64,000 nt of DNA from a plasmid. Below, piece by piece: positions 38,659-47,647 of this stretch. The stretch lies in sequence record NZ_CP145666.1. The stretch is one strand, 5' to 3'. Position 1 is the stretch's first letter. Each line of letters opens with the position of its first letter. The notes under the pieces are model-generated. The model made no database searches and had not been told where the DNA came from. It saw only the letters and a list, made by a program, of their open reading frames with translations. Made by a program: the position numbers and the translations under genes.

Positions 38659-39135
38659 ATGACCGACGCTATCCAGACTGCCCCTGAAAGCTTCAGCCTT
38701 TCTTCCCTGACCGACCTGTATCGCACAGTGCAGGCAACCGAGTCCCACGCTCTTTCAATGATGCGTGTCCAGAGGGGGATCACCTCCTGGGGGAGCCGTC
38801 GTATAACTGACCGCCGAACTGAGGGGTTCACCGTCTTTCTGGATGCGCCGGATAACGCCAGCCGTATTACTGTTAAAACGGAGTTCGTGCTGAATGCAGC
38901 AAAGACCGGCCCTGATACGTCTAATGATCTGGTGGTGGAAGCGCGTGAACATTCAGGCTGGGATGAGAGCCGGAATTGTTTCACTGTTACCCGCGAGATC
39001 GGCGAACTGCGGGTTAATGCTGGTGGTGAAAATCATGCTGCTACACTTCGTCAGCTGTGGAAGCTGCTTCACGCGCAGGCAAAAGCCTACCAGTCCAGAA
39101 ATACTGCCGGTAACGCCACCTGGCTTATGTTCTGA
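38659..39135 (+). CDS. hypothetical protein (158 aa), paralog B
   Basis: Tandem duplicate of the previous gene. Confidence 0.5.
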   Translation: MTDAIQTAPESFSLSSLTDLYRTVQATESHALSMMRVQRGITSWGSRRITDRRTEGFTVFLDAPDNASRITVKTEFVLNAAKTGPDTSNDLVVEAREHSGWDESRNCFTVTREIGELRVNAGGENHAATLRQLWKLLHAQAKAYQSRNTAGNATWLMF

Positions 39136-39203
39136 TAAGCCCCGGGCATGGTAATGTGCGTCACGACATTACGCCGTGGCGCACTACGTTCGTTTAGAAG
39201 GAA

Positions 39204-39485
39204 ATGAAGATGAAAATAAGCCAGCTGGAAGTCGGGATGAGTGTCTGGTCGGTTAGCCGGGTAAATATGGGCAACACCACACTTAAAACAGTTGTCGTCC
39301 ACCCGGTCGTGATTGTCGAAGTCCATGATAACCACGTCATAGCCACCTGGAATGGTAACGCCCCGCGTCGTTTCGGTGAGTCCGTCGTTAAGGGCTGGAA
39401 GAAAGAAAAGCCGTTGCTGATCCGTGAAGGTTTCGGGCAAATGCGCCTGGCTACCAGGGAAGAGAAAGCGCTGGCTGGTAAGTAA
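39204..39485 (+). CDS. hypothetical small protein (93 aa)
   Basis: GGAAATGAAG region; open frame. Confidence 0.4.
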   Translation: MKMKISQLEVGMSVWSVSRVNMGNTTLKTVVVHPVVIVEVHDNHVIATWNGNAPRRFGESVVKGWKKEKPLLIREGFGQMRLATREEKALAGK

Positions 39486-39599
39486 CCCCCTTCGTGACCT
39501 GTATGACCCGTGGTGTAATGGCTCCGACAACCTGGCAGTTTTCGCAACGCAACACTCTGCCGCAAATCACCCTCCACGGGGCCAGACAGGGAATACACG

Positions 39600-39872
39600 A
39601 TGACCGATGCCATTCTCTCTGAAGAGCTGTACTTCAAATACCTCAACACCTACGAACGCGAAAGCAGGTTTCGCATTGACTCTTTTCGCTTTGATGGCGA
39701 GCCTCAGTGGACAACCAAATTCGGTCAAGCTCGCATCCGCCCTTCTCAGGTACGTGTACTGCTCTGCCGCTGCGGGGCAAACAACTGGAAAGACGATGGC
39801 AGGTTCGCCAATGAGTACTGCTGCGACAGCTGCGGACAGTTCGTGGAGGTGCTACAGCATAACGACCGTTGA
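39600..39872 (+). CDS. small Zn-finger-like protein (90 aa), paralog of 58483-58722
   Basis: Shared CRCGAxNW...EYxCDxC pattern with the second copy. Confidence 0.45.
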   Translation: MTDAILSEELYFKYLNTYERESRFRIDSFRFDGEPQWTTKFGQARIRPSQVRVLLCRCGANNWKDDGRFANEYCCDSCGQFVEVLQHNDR

Positions 39873-39957
39873 TTCGCGTCCCGGGGCCGGAGCTGATGGC
39901 TCACTGATAAACCATTTCAGACCGACATATTCATTCTGATAATACCCGACGTATCGC

Positions 39958-39967
39958 CTTCGTCACC
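39958..39967 (+). promoter_or_regulatory. accessory promoter module core CTTCGTCACC upstream of the DinG operon
   Basis: 60 nt before ATG 40027. Confidence 0.45.
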
Positions 39968-40026
39968 TGCCGGGCCCGTGTTGTACTGGTATCAGTACAA
40001 CATAAAACGAGATCACGGGGCGCATC

Positions 40027-40332
40027 ATGCAGACACTGACCGACGTATTCAGCGATAAGGCGAATAAAGCCTTTCATTCGATTTTCGCCGATTTCCTGCC
40101 CACCAGCGCGGATGGGGTAATCACCTTTACGGTTCGCGGCTATGGCGGAAAAACTGCCTGCATGACCGTCCCCTCTGGAACCCCGGTTTTCGTCTTTGGC
40201 ACTGAAGAGCTCGCCGACTTCCATCGCTCCGCCGTGGCGGGTGAATTCTACATCGTTGATCACGGTGGTTTCCGCACCCTGAATCAACAGGTAGAACGTG
40301 GCCGCGTCCCAGTCATCTACGACATCCTCTGA
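40027..40332 (+). CDS. hypothetical protein (101 aa), first gene of DinG operon
   Basis: ACGGGG SD. The antisense 230-aa ORF 39931-40623 is rejected. Confidence 0.45.
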   Translation: MQTLTDVFSDKANKAFHSIFADFLPTSADGVITFTVRGYGGKTACMTVPSGTPVFVFGTEELADFHRSAVAGEFYIVDHGGFRTLNQQVERGRVPVIYDIL

Positions 40333-40344
40333 AGGGATCCGATT

Positions 40345-40638
40345 ATGGCAATCGACACAGTTTACCGCCTGCGGCTCGATTTCGACGTGTATAACGGCGA
40401 TGTCATCGACACCAAAGAGCAGGAAGACAAAGACCAGATCTCCATTGCGAAAATCACCCAATTTATCTTCGATGCCTCCGTTCGGCTCAAGCTTGATGCC
40501 TGCGAAACCAGCGATGGCGGGCCAGCACATGGGCCTTACTGTGTTCTTGAGCACTGCAACCGAGCTGTACTGGAACAGGCCGAAACTGAAATTAAACGCT
40601 ATGTGAGACGCTTTAAAGGCCATTCACTGGAAGACTGA
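40345..40638 (+). CDS. hypothetical protein (97 aa)
   Basis: GAAGGGA SD. Confidence 0.45.
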   Translation: MAIDTVYRLRLDFDVYNGDVIDTKEQEDKDQISIAKITQFIFDASVRLKLDACETSDGGPAHGPYCVLEHCNRAVLEQAETEIKRYVRRFKGHSLED

Positions 40639-40732
40639 TGAACCCGGTACATCCACCAGCATGAGGATGTACCTGACTTCGATAGCCGCTGCCGGGCTGT
40701 GCCTCCTGAGCAGCAGAGGACAAGGTACGGAT

Positions 40733-42805
40733 ATGCCAGACAATAAACCCCGGATGACTGCCGCTGAAATGACTGAGCGAGCCTATCACTTCTTCCTGGA
40801 CGCAAAGGGTCTGTCCCCTCGTGCCGGGCAGGTAGACATGATGGCGTTTTGCAGCGCAGTCGTTAACGCTACCCCCGCTGAGGAGCAGTATCGCGTCGGG
40901 GTTATTGAGGCCGGTACGGGGACAGGGAAAACACTCGGGTATTGTCTGCCGCTGATCCCCCTGGCGATGGAAAAGCATAAGACGCTGATCATCTCCACGG
41001 CAACCGTTGCGCTTCAGGAACAAATCATCTCCAAGGATCTGCCAGAAATACAGGCGAGAGCGGGCCTGAGCTTCTCCTATGCGATGGCGAAGGGCCGTAG
41101 CCGTTACTTCTGCCAGATGCGCTGTGACGTTCATATGGAAAGCGAGATGAATGCCTATGGCTACATCCGCGATGATGTGGAGGATATCAGCAAGGCCTTT
41201 GCTGGTGGTCACTGGACAGGAGAGCGTGATTCCTATCCTGATGAGATCAATGAGGCGGTATGGGGTCGGGTCAATGCTATTGGCAGTCAGTGCCCTAAAA
41301 AGCGTTGCCCACATTATCACCGTTGTCCGTTCTTCCTCGCCCGCGCCCTGCTGGAGTCGGTGGATGTGGTTATCGCCAACCATGACATCGTATTGTCTGA
41401 CCTGTCACTGGGAGGCGGTATTATCCTTCCCCCGCAGGAAGAGTCCATTTATGTGTTCGACGAAGGTCACCACGTTCCGCAGAAAGCAATTAACCACTTT
41501 GCGACCTCCGCCTCTCTCGATGCCAGCAGGCATTTCATGAGCGAAATCTTCGACATGGTAATGACCATGCCAGAGTCCTACGGCGGGACTATGGAAAAGC
41601 ACGTGCAGCAGCTGGTGGAGCTTGCGGGCCATGCCGGTGATGAGCTCGGTGAGCTGCGGGGGACACTTTTACGCTCCCTGAACTGGCGAAACGATCACGA
41701 AATGCCAAATGGCACGGAATCGGACATCTATCGCTTCCCGGAAGGTTTCGTTCCTGAAGATATTGCGGCCCTGTTTAAGCCTGGGTTAAAGACAGTAAAC
41801 GAGATGCAGAATATCGTTGTGAAAATGACGGCGATTGTAGATGAGGCCGGGCGGGATATCAGCGAGGAAGAACTGGCCCTTCAAAAGATGGCTGTCGGCG
41901 AGCTGGCAAATCGCCTGGCGGGTATGCATCAGGCTCTGGCCTCATACTGCGGGAATAAAACCGTCTCTGGTATGCCTATGGCCCGGTGGATTAACGTCCG
42001 TCGTACTAAACGCAGCACCGAAGTGGTGATTAATTGCAGTCCGGTCTATGCGGGCGAACACCTGAAATCCGAGCTCTGGTCGAAGGCTTATGCCACCATT
42101 GTGACCTCGGCAACAATCCGCTCCCTTAGCAAGTTTGACGCATTCCTGGAGCAGGCCGGTCTTCCAGTCGATACACCTACCCTGCTGGCCCGCAGCCCGT
42201 TTGATTACCAGAACAACGGCGTGTTGTTCATCCCCCGTATGCGCTCGGTTCCGACCAATCATGAAGAACATACGGCGGAGATCATCGAACTCCTTCCCAA
42301 ACTGGTGCTTCGGCTTCAGGGTTGCCTCGTGCTGTTCGCCTCCCGCAGGCAGATGGAAGAAGTCAGCAAGGCGATGCCTCAACACATTTCACCGCTTCTG
42401 CTGATACAGGGGGCACTTCCAAAACGGGAAATACTGCTGCGCCATAAGCTCAGAATCGACCGTGGTGAGCCGAGCATTATCTTTGGTATGGCTTCTTTCA
42501 GTGAAGGGGTGGATCTGCCTGGCGTGTACTGCAACAACGTCATCATTGCCAAGCTGCCTTTTAGCGTTCCGACCGACCCGGTGGGCCAGACCCTGACGGA
42601 GTGGCTGGAGAAAAACGGGCGTGATGCTTTCCGGGAAATCTCGATACCGGAGGCCTGCCTCAAACTGACCCAGTCCGTTGGTCGGCTTATCCGCACAGAG
42701 AGCGATACCGGCGCGGTGACTATCCTGGATAAACGCCTGAAGACAAAAGCCTACGGGAAAGACATCCTCGCATCCCTGCCCCCTTTCAGGCGCGAAATTC
42801 GTTAA
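40733..42805 (+). CDS. DinG/Rad3-family ATP-dependent Fe-S helicase (about 690 aa)
   Basis: Motif I EAGTGTGKTLGY; DEGHH (DEAH-like motif II); four-Cys cluster CQMRC...C...C in the insertion. AAGGT SD before ATG 40733; the track start at 40661 is probably an upstream extension. Confidence 0.7.
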   Translation: MPDNKPRMTAAEMTERAYHFFLDAKGLSPRAGQVDMMAFCSAVVNATPAEEQYRVGVIEAGTGTGKTLGYCLPLIPLAMEKHKTLIISTATVALQEQIISKDLPEIQARAGLSFSYAMAKGRSRYFCQMRCDVHMESEMNAYGYIRDDVEDISKAFAGGHWTGERDSYPDEINEAVWGRVNAIGSQCPKKRCPHYHRCPFFLARALLESVDVVIANHDIVLSDLSLGGGIILPPQEESIYVFDEGHHVPQKAINHFATSASLDASRHFMSEIFDMVMTMPESYGGTMEKHVQQLVELAGHAGDELGELRGTLLRSLNWRNDHEMPNGTESDIYRFPEGFVPEDIAALFKPGLKTVNEMQNIVVKMTAIVDEAGRDISEEELALQKMAVGELANRLAGMHQALASYCGNKTVSGMPMARWINVRRTKRSTEVVINCSPVYAGEHLKSELWSKAYATIVTSATIRSLSKFDAFLEQAGLPVDTPTLLARSPFDYQNNGVLFIPRMRSVPTNHEEHTAEIIELLPKLVLRLQGCLVLFASRRQMEEVSKAMPQHISPLLLIQGALPKREILLRHKLRIDRGEPSIIFGMASFSEGVDLPGVYCNNVIIAKLPFSVPTDPVGQTLTEWLEKNGRDAFREISIPEACLKLTQSVGRLIRTESDTGAVTILDKRLKTKAYGKDILASLPPFRREIR

Positions 42806-42825
42806 TCAACAGTCGAGAGGTTGCT

Positions 42826-43146
42826 ATGCATAAAATTGAATGCCCACGCTGTCTGGGTGGTAAGGGTGAGATCCGAGCGTTCCGGCACGTTCAAGGCGGT
42901 GTGTGTTTTCGCTGCAAGGGCCGGGGGTATGTCGAGGTGAAAACCATCCCGAAGCCTTCTATCCGGTTTGTTGCTATGCAGAAATGGGCAAATCCAGAGG
43001 ACGTTAACTACAACAATGGGGATTTTATCAGGACGTTCTATTTCAAGGCCCGAAGTCAGGCTGAAGCAACAAAGAAGCTTCAGAAAAAACTCGGCGCGTC
43101 AGGTCGTGAGTTTTATGCCACTCCTGCGGATGATGTCCAGCAATAA
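42826..43146 (+). CDS. zinc-ribbon protein (106 aa)
   Basis: CPRCLGG...CFRCKGRG; GAGAGG SD. Confidence 0.5.
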   Translation: MHKIECPRCLGGKGEIRAFRHVQGGVCFRCKGRGYVEVKTIPKPSIRFVAMQKWANPEDVNYNNGDFIRTFYFKARSQAEATKKLQKKLGASGREFYATPADDVQQ

Positions 43147-43233
43147 ATGGGGGCGTTTTGTAGTGGTTTATTCACTCTGAAATCTATCACTCTGGTTATG
43201 ATTGGTTTCGAAACAAATGACAGGTGGTAACAC

Positions 43234-43656
43234 ATGAAAAACCAGGCTAAAACACAACATTCTGTTTTTAAGTTCATTCGAGCTGCGATTCCGGTAACAG
43301 TTCTATCGGCTATACAGTACGCTGTCATTTCTACATTGCTGGTGGTTGGAAAAATTGACCTTCAATGGTCGGAACTCGCTACATCACTTCCGTTATGTAT
43401 TATTGCAATATTCTCAACAGCATTTGTATTTTACGACCCAAATGAATATGAGTACTTTCTTTCAGTGCTGGGAATGCTTACCGTTTGGGTTTTAGTGTTT
43501 ATTGCATCAATACTCCTACTTGTAATCGCGCGAGGTTTTTCCTTCATCACAAGCAATTATGTAACATATGCTGAATTGGCTTCCTATTCCATACAGATAG
43601 GAATGATGATTGTATTTTACTTCAAGAGGGATAGTCTTAATCAACAGACCCTATAG
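43234..43656 (+). CDS. polytopic membrane protein (140 aa), AT-rich island
   Basis: Four hydrophobic helices; local GC well below the neighbouring sequence. Confidence 0.45.
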   Translation: MKNQAKTQHSVFKFIRAAIPVTVLSAIQYAVISTLLVVGKIDLQWSELATSLPLCIIAIFSTAFVFYDPNEYEYFLSVLGMLTVWVLVFIASILLLVIARGFSFITSNYVTYAELASYSIQIGMMIVFYFKRDSLNQQTL

Positions 43657-43737
43657 ATACAGTATTTCGCGATTAATATTATCATTGAACATTAACGCAC
43701 AAAATTTACCCCCACGTCATACAAGGTTACCGATGCA

Positions 43738-43902
43738 ATGAAAAATAAAATTATCGATGCAAAACTTGCATTTTTTAAAGTAGAGGGAACTCCAAGTACT
43801 GGTCACGTTGTGGTTATCGGGAAACCATCATCTGGGAAAAGTTTCTGCCTTACTGATGAAATAACGCGTTTGTTAAAAGCAGGTAAAAACCACGAAAATT
43901 AA
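43738..43902 (+). pseudogene. P-loop NTPase N-terminal fragment (54 aa, VVIGKPSSGKS Walker A), probable gene remnant
   Basis: Walker A motif but the frame ends after 54 codons; AT-rich. Confidence 0.3.
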
Positions 43903-43928
43903 TTTGAATATTGCAAGCGGGGTTTGCT

Positions 43929-44324
43929 ATGACATCAATTATTACCACTTTATATGAAAAACTTTCATTTCGTGTGCTCGCAGTTCCGCTGATTATTTTC
44001 AGCATTGAATTTTTGATATGGGCAGTGCTTATTCGAGAAAATGTTATATCCGGGGACTGGCCTTTGTATAGAACTTGTTTGTTCGCTTGTTTTTCCTCGC
44101 TGATTATAACTGGATTCACATTCCAGAATCCTGAAGGCAGTGATTTCCTAAAGGCAGCAGCAGGTCTCCTTGGATGTCTGGCCTTGGGGGGATTGATAAT
44201 TATTATTTATTATATTGGCACTCTCGAATTTCCGATTATCACTGCCAAGATGGTTTGGATTTTCATGATGGCAAGCTTTACGTCTCAGCTTTTCACTTGC
44301 CTGATGAAATCGATGACTGATTAA
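43929..44324 (+). CDS. polytopic membrane protein (about 131 aa), AT-rich island
   Basis: Hydrophobic helices. Start chosen at MTSIITTL after the GCGGGG purine-rich site; the track start is 43911. Confidence 0.4.
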   Translation: MTSIITTLYEKLSFRVLAVPLIIFSIEFLIWAVLIRENVISGDWPLYRTCLFACFSSLIITGFTFQNPEGSDFLKAAAGLLGCLALGGLIIIIYYIGTLEFPIITAKMVWIFMMASFTSQLFTCLMKSMTD

Positions 44325-44505
44325 TTTGAAGTTCAGCAAAAACAATTGCAGAGCAAAGTTATTTATTCACTCATTTTGCGATCTAAGTATGCTTACGCTG
44401 AAGTAACCGAAAAGTACCTTTCTTGAAAAGTTTTTTCGGGATTTTAGGAGAAATGGATAATGGCATTCTCACTTACTTTCCATCAATACATTCTGGAGTA
44501 ATAAC

Positions 44506-44697
44506 ATGTTTACTTTAGTTCTCGTGATTGGGCTTTATTCAAGTGGTCTTAATCCAAGTGGTGTCACCTCTCAGAAAATACCTGACTACAAAACCTATGA
44601 TGAATGCCAGAGTGCCGCGCCTAAAGCAAAGCGTGGGGAAACTATCACCATCTTAAGTTATTGCATTCCCCAGCCTGCGGATAAGACAAAGGCGTAA
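44506..44697 (+). CDS. small secreted protein (63 aa), tentative
   Basis: N-terminal hydrophobic signal-like segment. Confidence 0.3.
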   Translation: MFTLVLVIGLYSSGLNPSGVTSQKIPDYKTYDECQSAAPKAKRGETITILSYCIPQPADKTKA

Positions 44698-44827
44698 AGG
44701 CTTCGCTATATGTGAATTATCGAAGGGGTGTCCATTTCATACCCGATTACTTCGTCAATTGTCGACCGGTGGGATAATAGGATTAAAACAGTTTTTAGCT
44801 TCACGATATTATGGAGAAACCGCCGTC

Positions 44828-45523
44828 ATGCACCCATTCGATTCGGTCAGAGTAAAACTGAGTTTTGCCGGAAAGCCACCAGCGGCTTTACTGCAAAGCG
44901 CCCTATTTCTTGAAAATCAGCGTCCCGAATCCTCCAGTTGGAGCGACCCGGGCACGGCGGGTAATACACTGCTTCGCGACATCCTCCGGTCACAACCGGT
45001 TGAACTGAGCACTCTACAAGGCGTGGTTAATCTGACTACTGGCAACCTCGGTAAAGCCGAATGTAGTGAGTTGCTTGCACTGATGGGCCTTCGTAGCTTC
45101 GGTGAAGAAGCTGCTGAGTTAATGGTTCGCAATGCGTCAATGGTTTTTGCGAGTGGACAGGCTAATGCAAAGAACCTGATTCGCATGGAAGTCACTAAAT
45201 CACACCTTACTTCTGATAAGCAGGTCATTGTCAGTACTGAAACCCTTGAGCGGCGTATGTACGTCATGAACAGCAACGGTATCTGCTTCGTCGTTGAGCC
45301 TGAGATCTGCCTTGATGCCGAGAAACTGCCGGGCGCGGATTTCTTTATCACTGAAGACGAAATGGATGCTGCGGGCGTGAGCCGCTGGGGTGAAAACGGC
45401 AGTCAGCACTGGCGATGCATGGTTACCTGGTTCAATGGCAGTAGCACCATCATGAACGAAATGGGACACATGTACGAGCTCGGTGATGAACCTGAAATTC
45501 GGCTCAATAGCTTCGGTGGATAA
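44828..45523 (+). CDS. hypothetical protein (231 aa)
   Basis: Promoter-module variant CTTCGTCAATTG at 44748-44758 lies 70 nt upstream of ATG 44828. The track start 44759 is a TTG inside the promoter module. Confidence 0.4.
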   Translation: MHPFDSVRVKLSFAGKPPAALLQSALFLENQRPESSSWSDPGTAGNTLLRDILRSQPVELSTLQGVVNLTTGNLGKAECSELLALMGLRSFGEEAAELMVRNASMVFASGQANAKNLIRMEVTKSHLTSDKQVIVSTETLERRMYVMNSNGICFVVEPEICLDAEKLPGADFFITEDEMDAAGVSRWGENGSQHWRCMVTWFNGSSTIMNEMGHMYELGDEPEIRLNSFGG

Positions 45524-45545
45524 AGCCCACCAGCGAGGAAATACG

Positions 45546-45743
45546 ATGAGACACGATAACGTCAAGCCCTGCCCTTTCTGCGGTTGTTCATCTATCCGGG
45601 TTCGGGAGATTTCGAATAATTTTCGCGCCTGCTGCAATTCCTGTGAGGCCACGGTGGCGTTTCAGGACTCCGAACAAGCCGCTGTGACGCGCTGGAATAC
45701 CCGCGCTGAAGAGAAACAATCTGGCGGACTCCAGTCAGCATAA
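45546..45743 (+). CDS. lar: Lar-family restriction alleviation protein-like (65 aa)
   Basis: KPCPFCG ... CNSC ... AVTRWNTR matches the Lar family pattern; GAGGAAA SD. Confidence 0.55.
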   Translation: MRHDNVKPCPFCGCSSIRVREISNNFRACCNSCEATVAFQDSEQAAVTRWNTRAEEKQSGGLQSA

Positions 45744-45795
45744 ATTAAGCCCCGGGCTGCTCTGGGCCTGAATACCGATAAGAGGAAACACCGAC

Positions 45796-46254
45796 ATGAA
45801 ATTTTACATCAGCGACGTTTTATGGAAATCCGGGCAGGCATTCATTTTCTCGTTTGTCACTGCTCCGGCAGTTGCGTTACTGCTCATTCTGTTCTGCACA
45901 GTTCTTACCAGTTCACCATCCAAGGTCTTCCTCGATCAGGCCCGTAGTCTGGTTGGAAATGCCACCAGCACCTCGGTCATGGTTTGCCCTGAAGAGAAAG
46001 CAGTGTTTGCCGCGTTCCGCTCCTCAGAATGCCAGCGACACGTGGTGAATGCCGATGATGCCATTAAACAATGGGACTCGCTGTTGCTCAAAGGCTACCT
46101 GATAGTGGCGGGTATCGCTCTTATCTGCTGGATGGTAAGCGAGGCAGTTAACTACCGCAGAAAGCCGTGGCGCTATGGGATCCGTCCCTCTGATATGACA
46201 TTTAGCTATACAAAACTCGTGCCGAAAGAATCCGATGATGACGCGGATAAATAA
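45796..46254 (+). CDS. two-TM membrane protein (152 aa), paralog of 47187-47597
   Basis: TM, Cys-containing periplasmic loop, TM; GAGGAAA SD. Confidence 0.45.
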   Translation: MKFYISDVLWKSGQAFIFSFVTAPAVALLLILFCTVLTSSPSKVFLDQARSLVGNATSTSVMVCPEEKAVFAAFRSSECQRHVVNADDAIKQWDSLLLKGYLIVAGIALICWMVSEAVNYRRKPWRYGIRPSDMTFSYTKLVPKESDDDADK

Positions 46255-46308
46255 CCACTCATTTAGCACGGCAGACAGCCGGTCAATGCCAGCAGCACAG
46301 GGGGCAGT

Positions 46309-46542
46309 ATGGGTAGACCTACAGGCAATATCGTCAGACTCACAAAATCAACAGGCCGCAGCAGCGACTTTTTCGGGCCATGTGAGTTGTGTGGAAAACA
46401 TATGTCAGAAGCATTCCGTACCCGAAAAGCGCGTGAGTGGCAGCGTGAAAATGGCGAACTCTATTACGGCCATGATTCCGCCGTCATGTATGCACATGAA
46501 AAATGCATTCTGAATCTGGAAAGCAAATTTACCTCAAATTAA
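46309..46542 (+). CDS. small Cys/His protein (77 aa)
   Basis: AGGGGG SD. Confidence 0.4.
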   Translation: MGRPTGNIVRLTKSTGRSSDFFGPCELCGKHMSEAFRTRKAREWQRENGELYYGHDSAVMYAHEKCILNLESKFTSN

Positions 46543-46557
46543 CGACTGGTGAGATTT

Positions 46558-47190
46558 ATGAAAATACCTCTGGGTAAGACGTTCCCAATTTTTTTTATCT
46601 TATTGGTGGTGGTGCTGGGGGGCGCTATCGCCGAGAAACTGCTATGGGAGGGACACCTCTATCCCGATTTTCTTATCAGTGATGCCTATGTGGCGAAAGA
46701 TACTCAATTGCAGGCCAGTAACGACACAACACTGTTGAAGCAGTGCTACGCTCAGCACTTAACTGGATGTGAAAAGTATTATAGAAGCTTCAGCCAACTG
46801 GAGGTCAGGGGTAACGATCTCAAGTCGCTGTGTAAAGTCCTGACAAATAACACTGATCTGGACGTCTTTCAGAGTGATGCTCAATTGCTGGTTCGTTGCT
46901 CACGATGGAATGTTTTCCGTGTAATTCCATTTAAACCTACAGATAACGCAACTGATAAATTTAAGCCAATGGTCGATATGGTTGGGAGCTGGATGGCCTA
47001 CAACCGGCTCTCAAAAGAGCTACTTCATGAAGATCCGGTCGATATCTTTTTTGTTGGACTGGATGAGGGAAAAAAGCAACTATCCCTGAAATATTGCTTT
47101 ACCGGGGTTGATCAAATTCCTCCTCAAGTAGCTTTCCAGCGATGTGACACCGAGTCGGATACGACTAAAACCCAGAGTGACAAATCATGA
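46558..47190 (+). CDS. membrane-anchored periplasmic protein (210 aa)
   Basis: GGTGAG SD before ATG 46558; N-terminal TM/signal; several Cys. Confidence 0.45.
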   Translation: MKIPLGKTFPIFFILLVVVLGGAIAEKLLWEGHLYPDFLISDAYVAKDTQLQASNDTTLLKQCYAQHLTGCEKYYRSFSQLEVRGNDLKSLCKVLTNNTDLDVFQSDAQLLVRCSRWNVFRVIPFKPTDNATDKFKPMVDMVGSWMAYNRLSKELLHEDPVDIFFVGLDEGKKQLSLKYCFTGVDQIPPQVAFQRCDTESDTTKTQSDKS

Positions 47191-47597
47191 TGACATTTCT
47201 CGCTAATTTGCATCGCCATACTACGGCCTGCCGCAGCTTCGCATTCTTCACTCTGGTCTCCGGCCCGGCGATTGCTTTATTTATCACGTTCATCTGCATG
47301 AACTATTCAGGTTCACCTTCAGCGCATCTGGTTAGTGCAGCCAGGGCTGTCATTGATGGTGCTCCGGTCGGCAAACTAATGGTATGTACCGAAGAGCCAC
47401 AATCCACGACTCCCCCGACACTTATCGAATCTCCCTGCGTTCGCGAGGCGGTCGATGAATCAATAGTAACCGCGAAGTGGGATTCAAACTTCCGAATGGT
47501 TTACGCAATGCTTGCTCTGCTTTCTTCTGTTATCTGGTGTCTAGTGAGCGCCACACGAGCGAACATATTCAAGGACGCTAAACCCCCTACTCGATAA
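47187..47597 (+). CDS. two-TM membrane protein (136 aa), paralog of 45796-46254
   Basis: ATGA overlap with the previous gene; same topology and MVCxEE motif as the paralog. Confidence 0.45.
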   Translation: MMTFLANLHRHTTACRSFAFFTLVSGPAIALFITFICMNYSGSPSAHLVSAARAVIDGAPVGKLMVCTEEPQSTTPPTLIESPCVREAVDESIVTAKWDSNFRMVYAMLALLSSVIWCLVSATRANIFKDAKPPTR

Positions 47598-47647
47598 GCC
47601 TGTCAATTCTCAAATAAAATGATGAAAAGTTGTGAAATTAAGGAGTG

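Noticed and set aside
38276-39649. Minus-strand ORFs 38276-38641, 38547-38984, 39087-39530 and 39194-39649
   Set aside because: They overlap the plus-strand paralog pair and downstream genes that carry promoter modules and SDs. The minus frames lack starts with SDs.
39931-40623. 230-aa minus-strand ORF overlapping genes 40027 and 40345
   Set aside because: The two plus-strand genes have SDs, the CTTCGTCACC promoter and operon continuity with the DinG gene. The minus ORF has no signals.
40613-41383. 256-aa minus-strand ORF inside the DinG helicase gene
   Set aside because: Antisense to a CDS with unambiguous helicase motifs.
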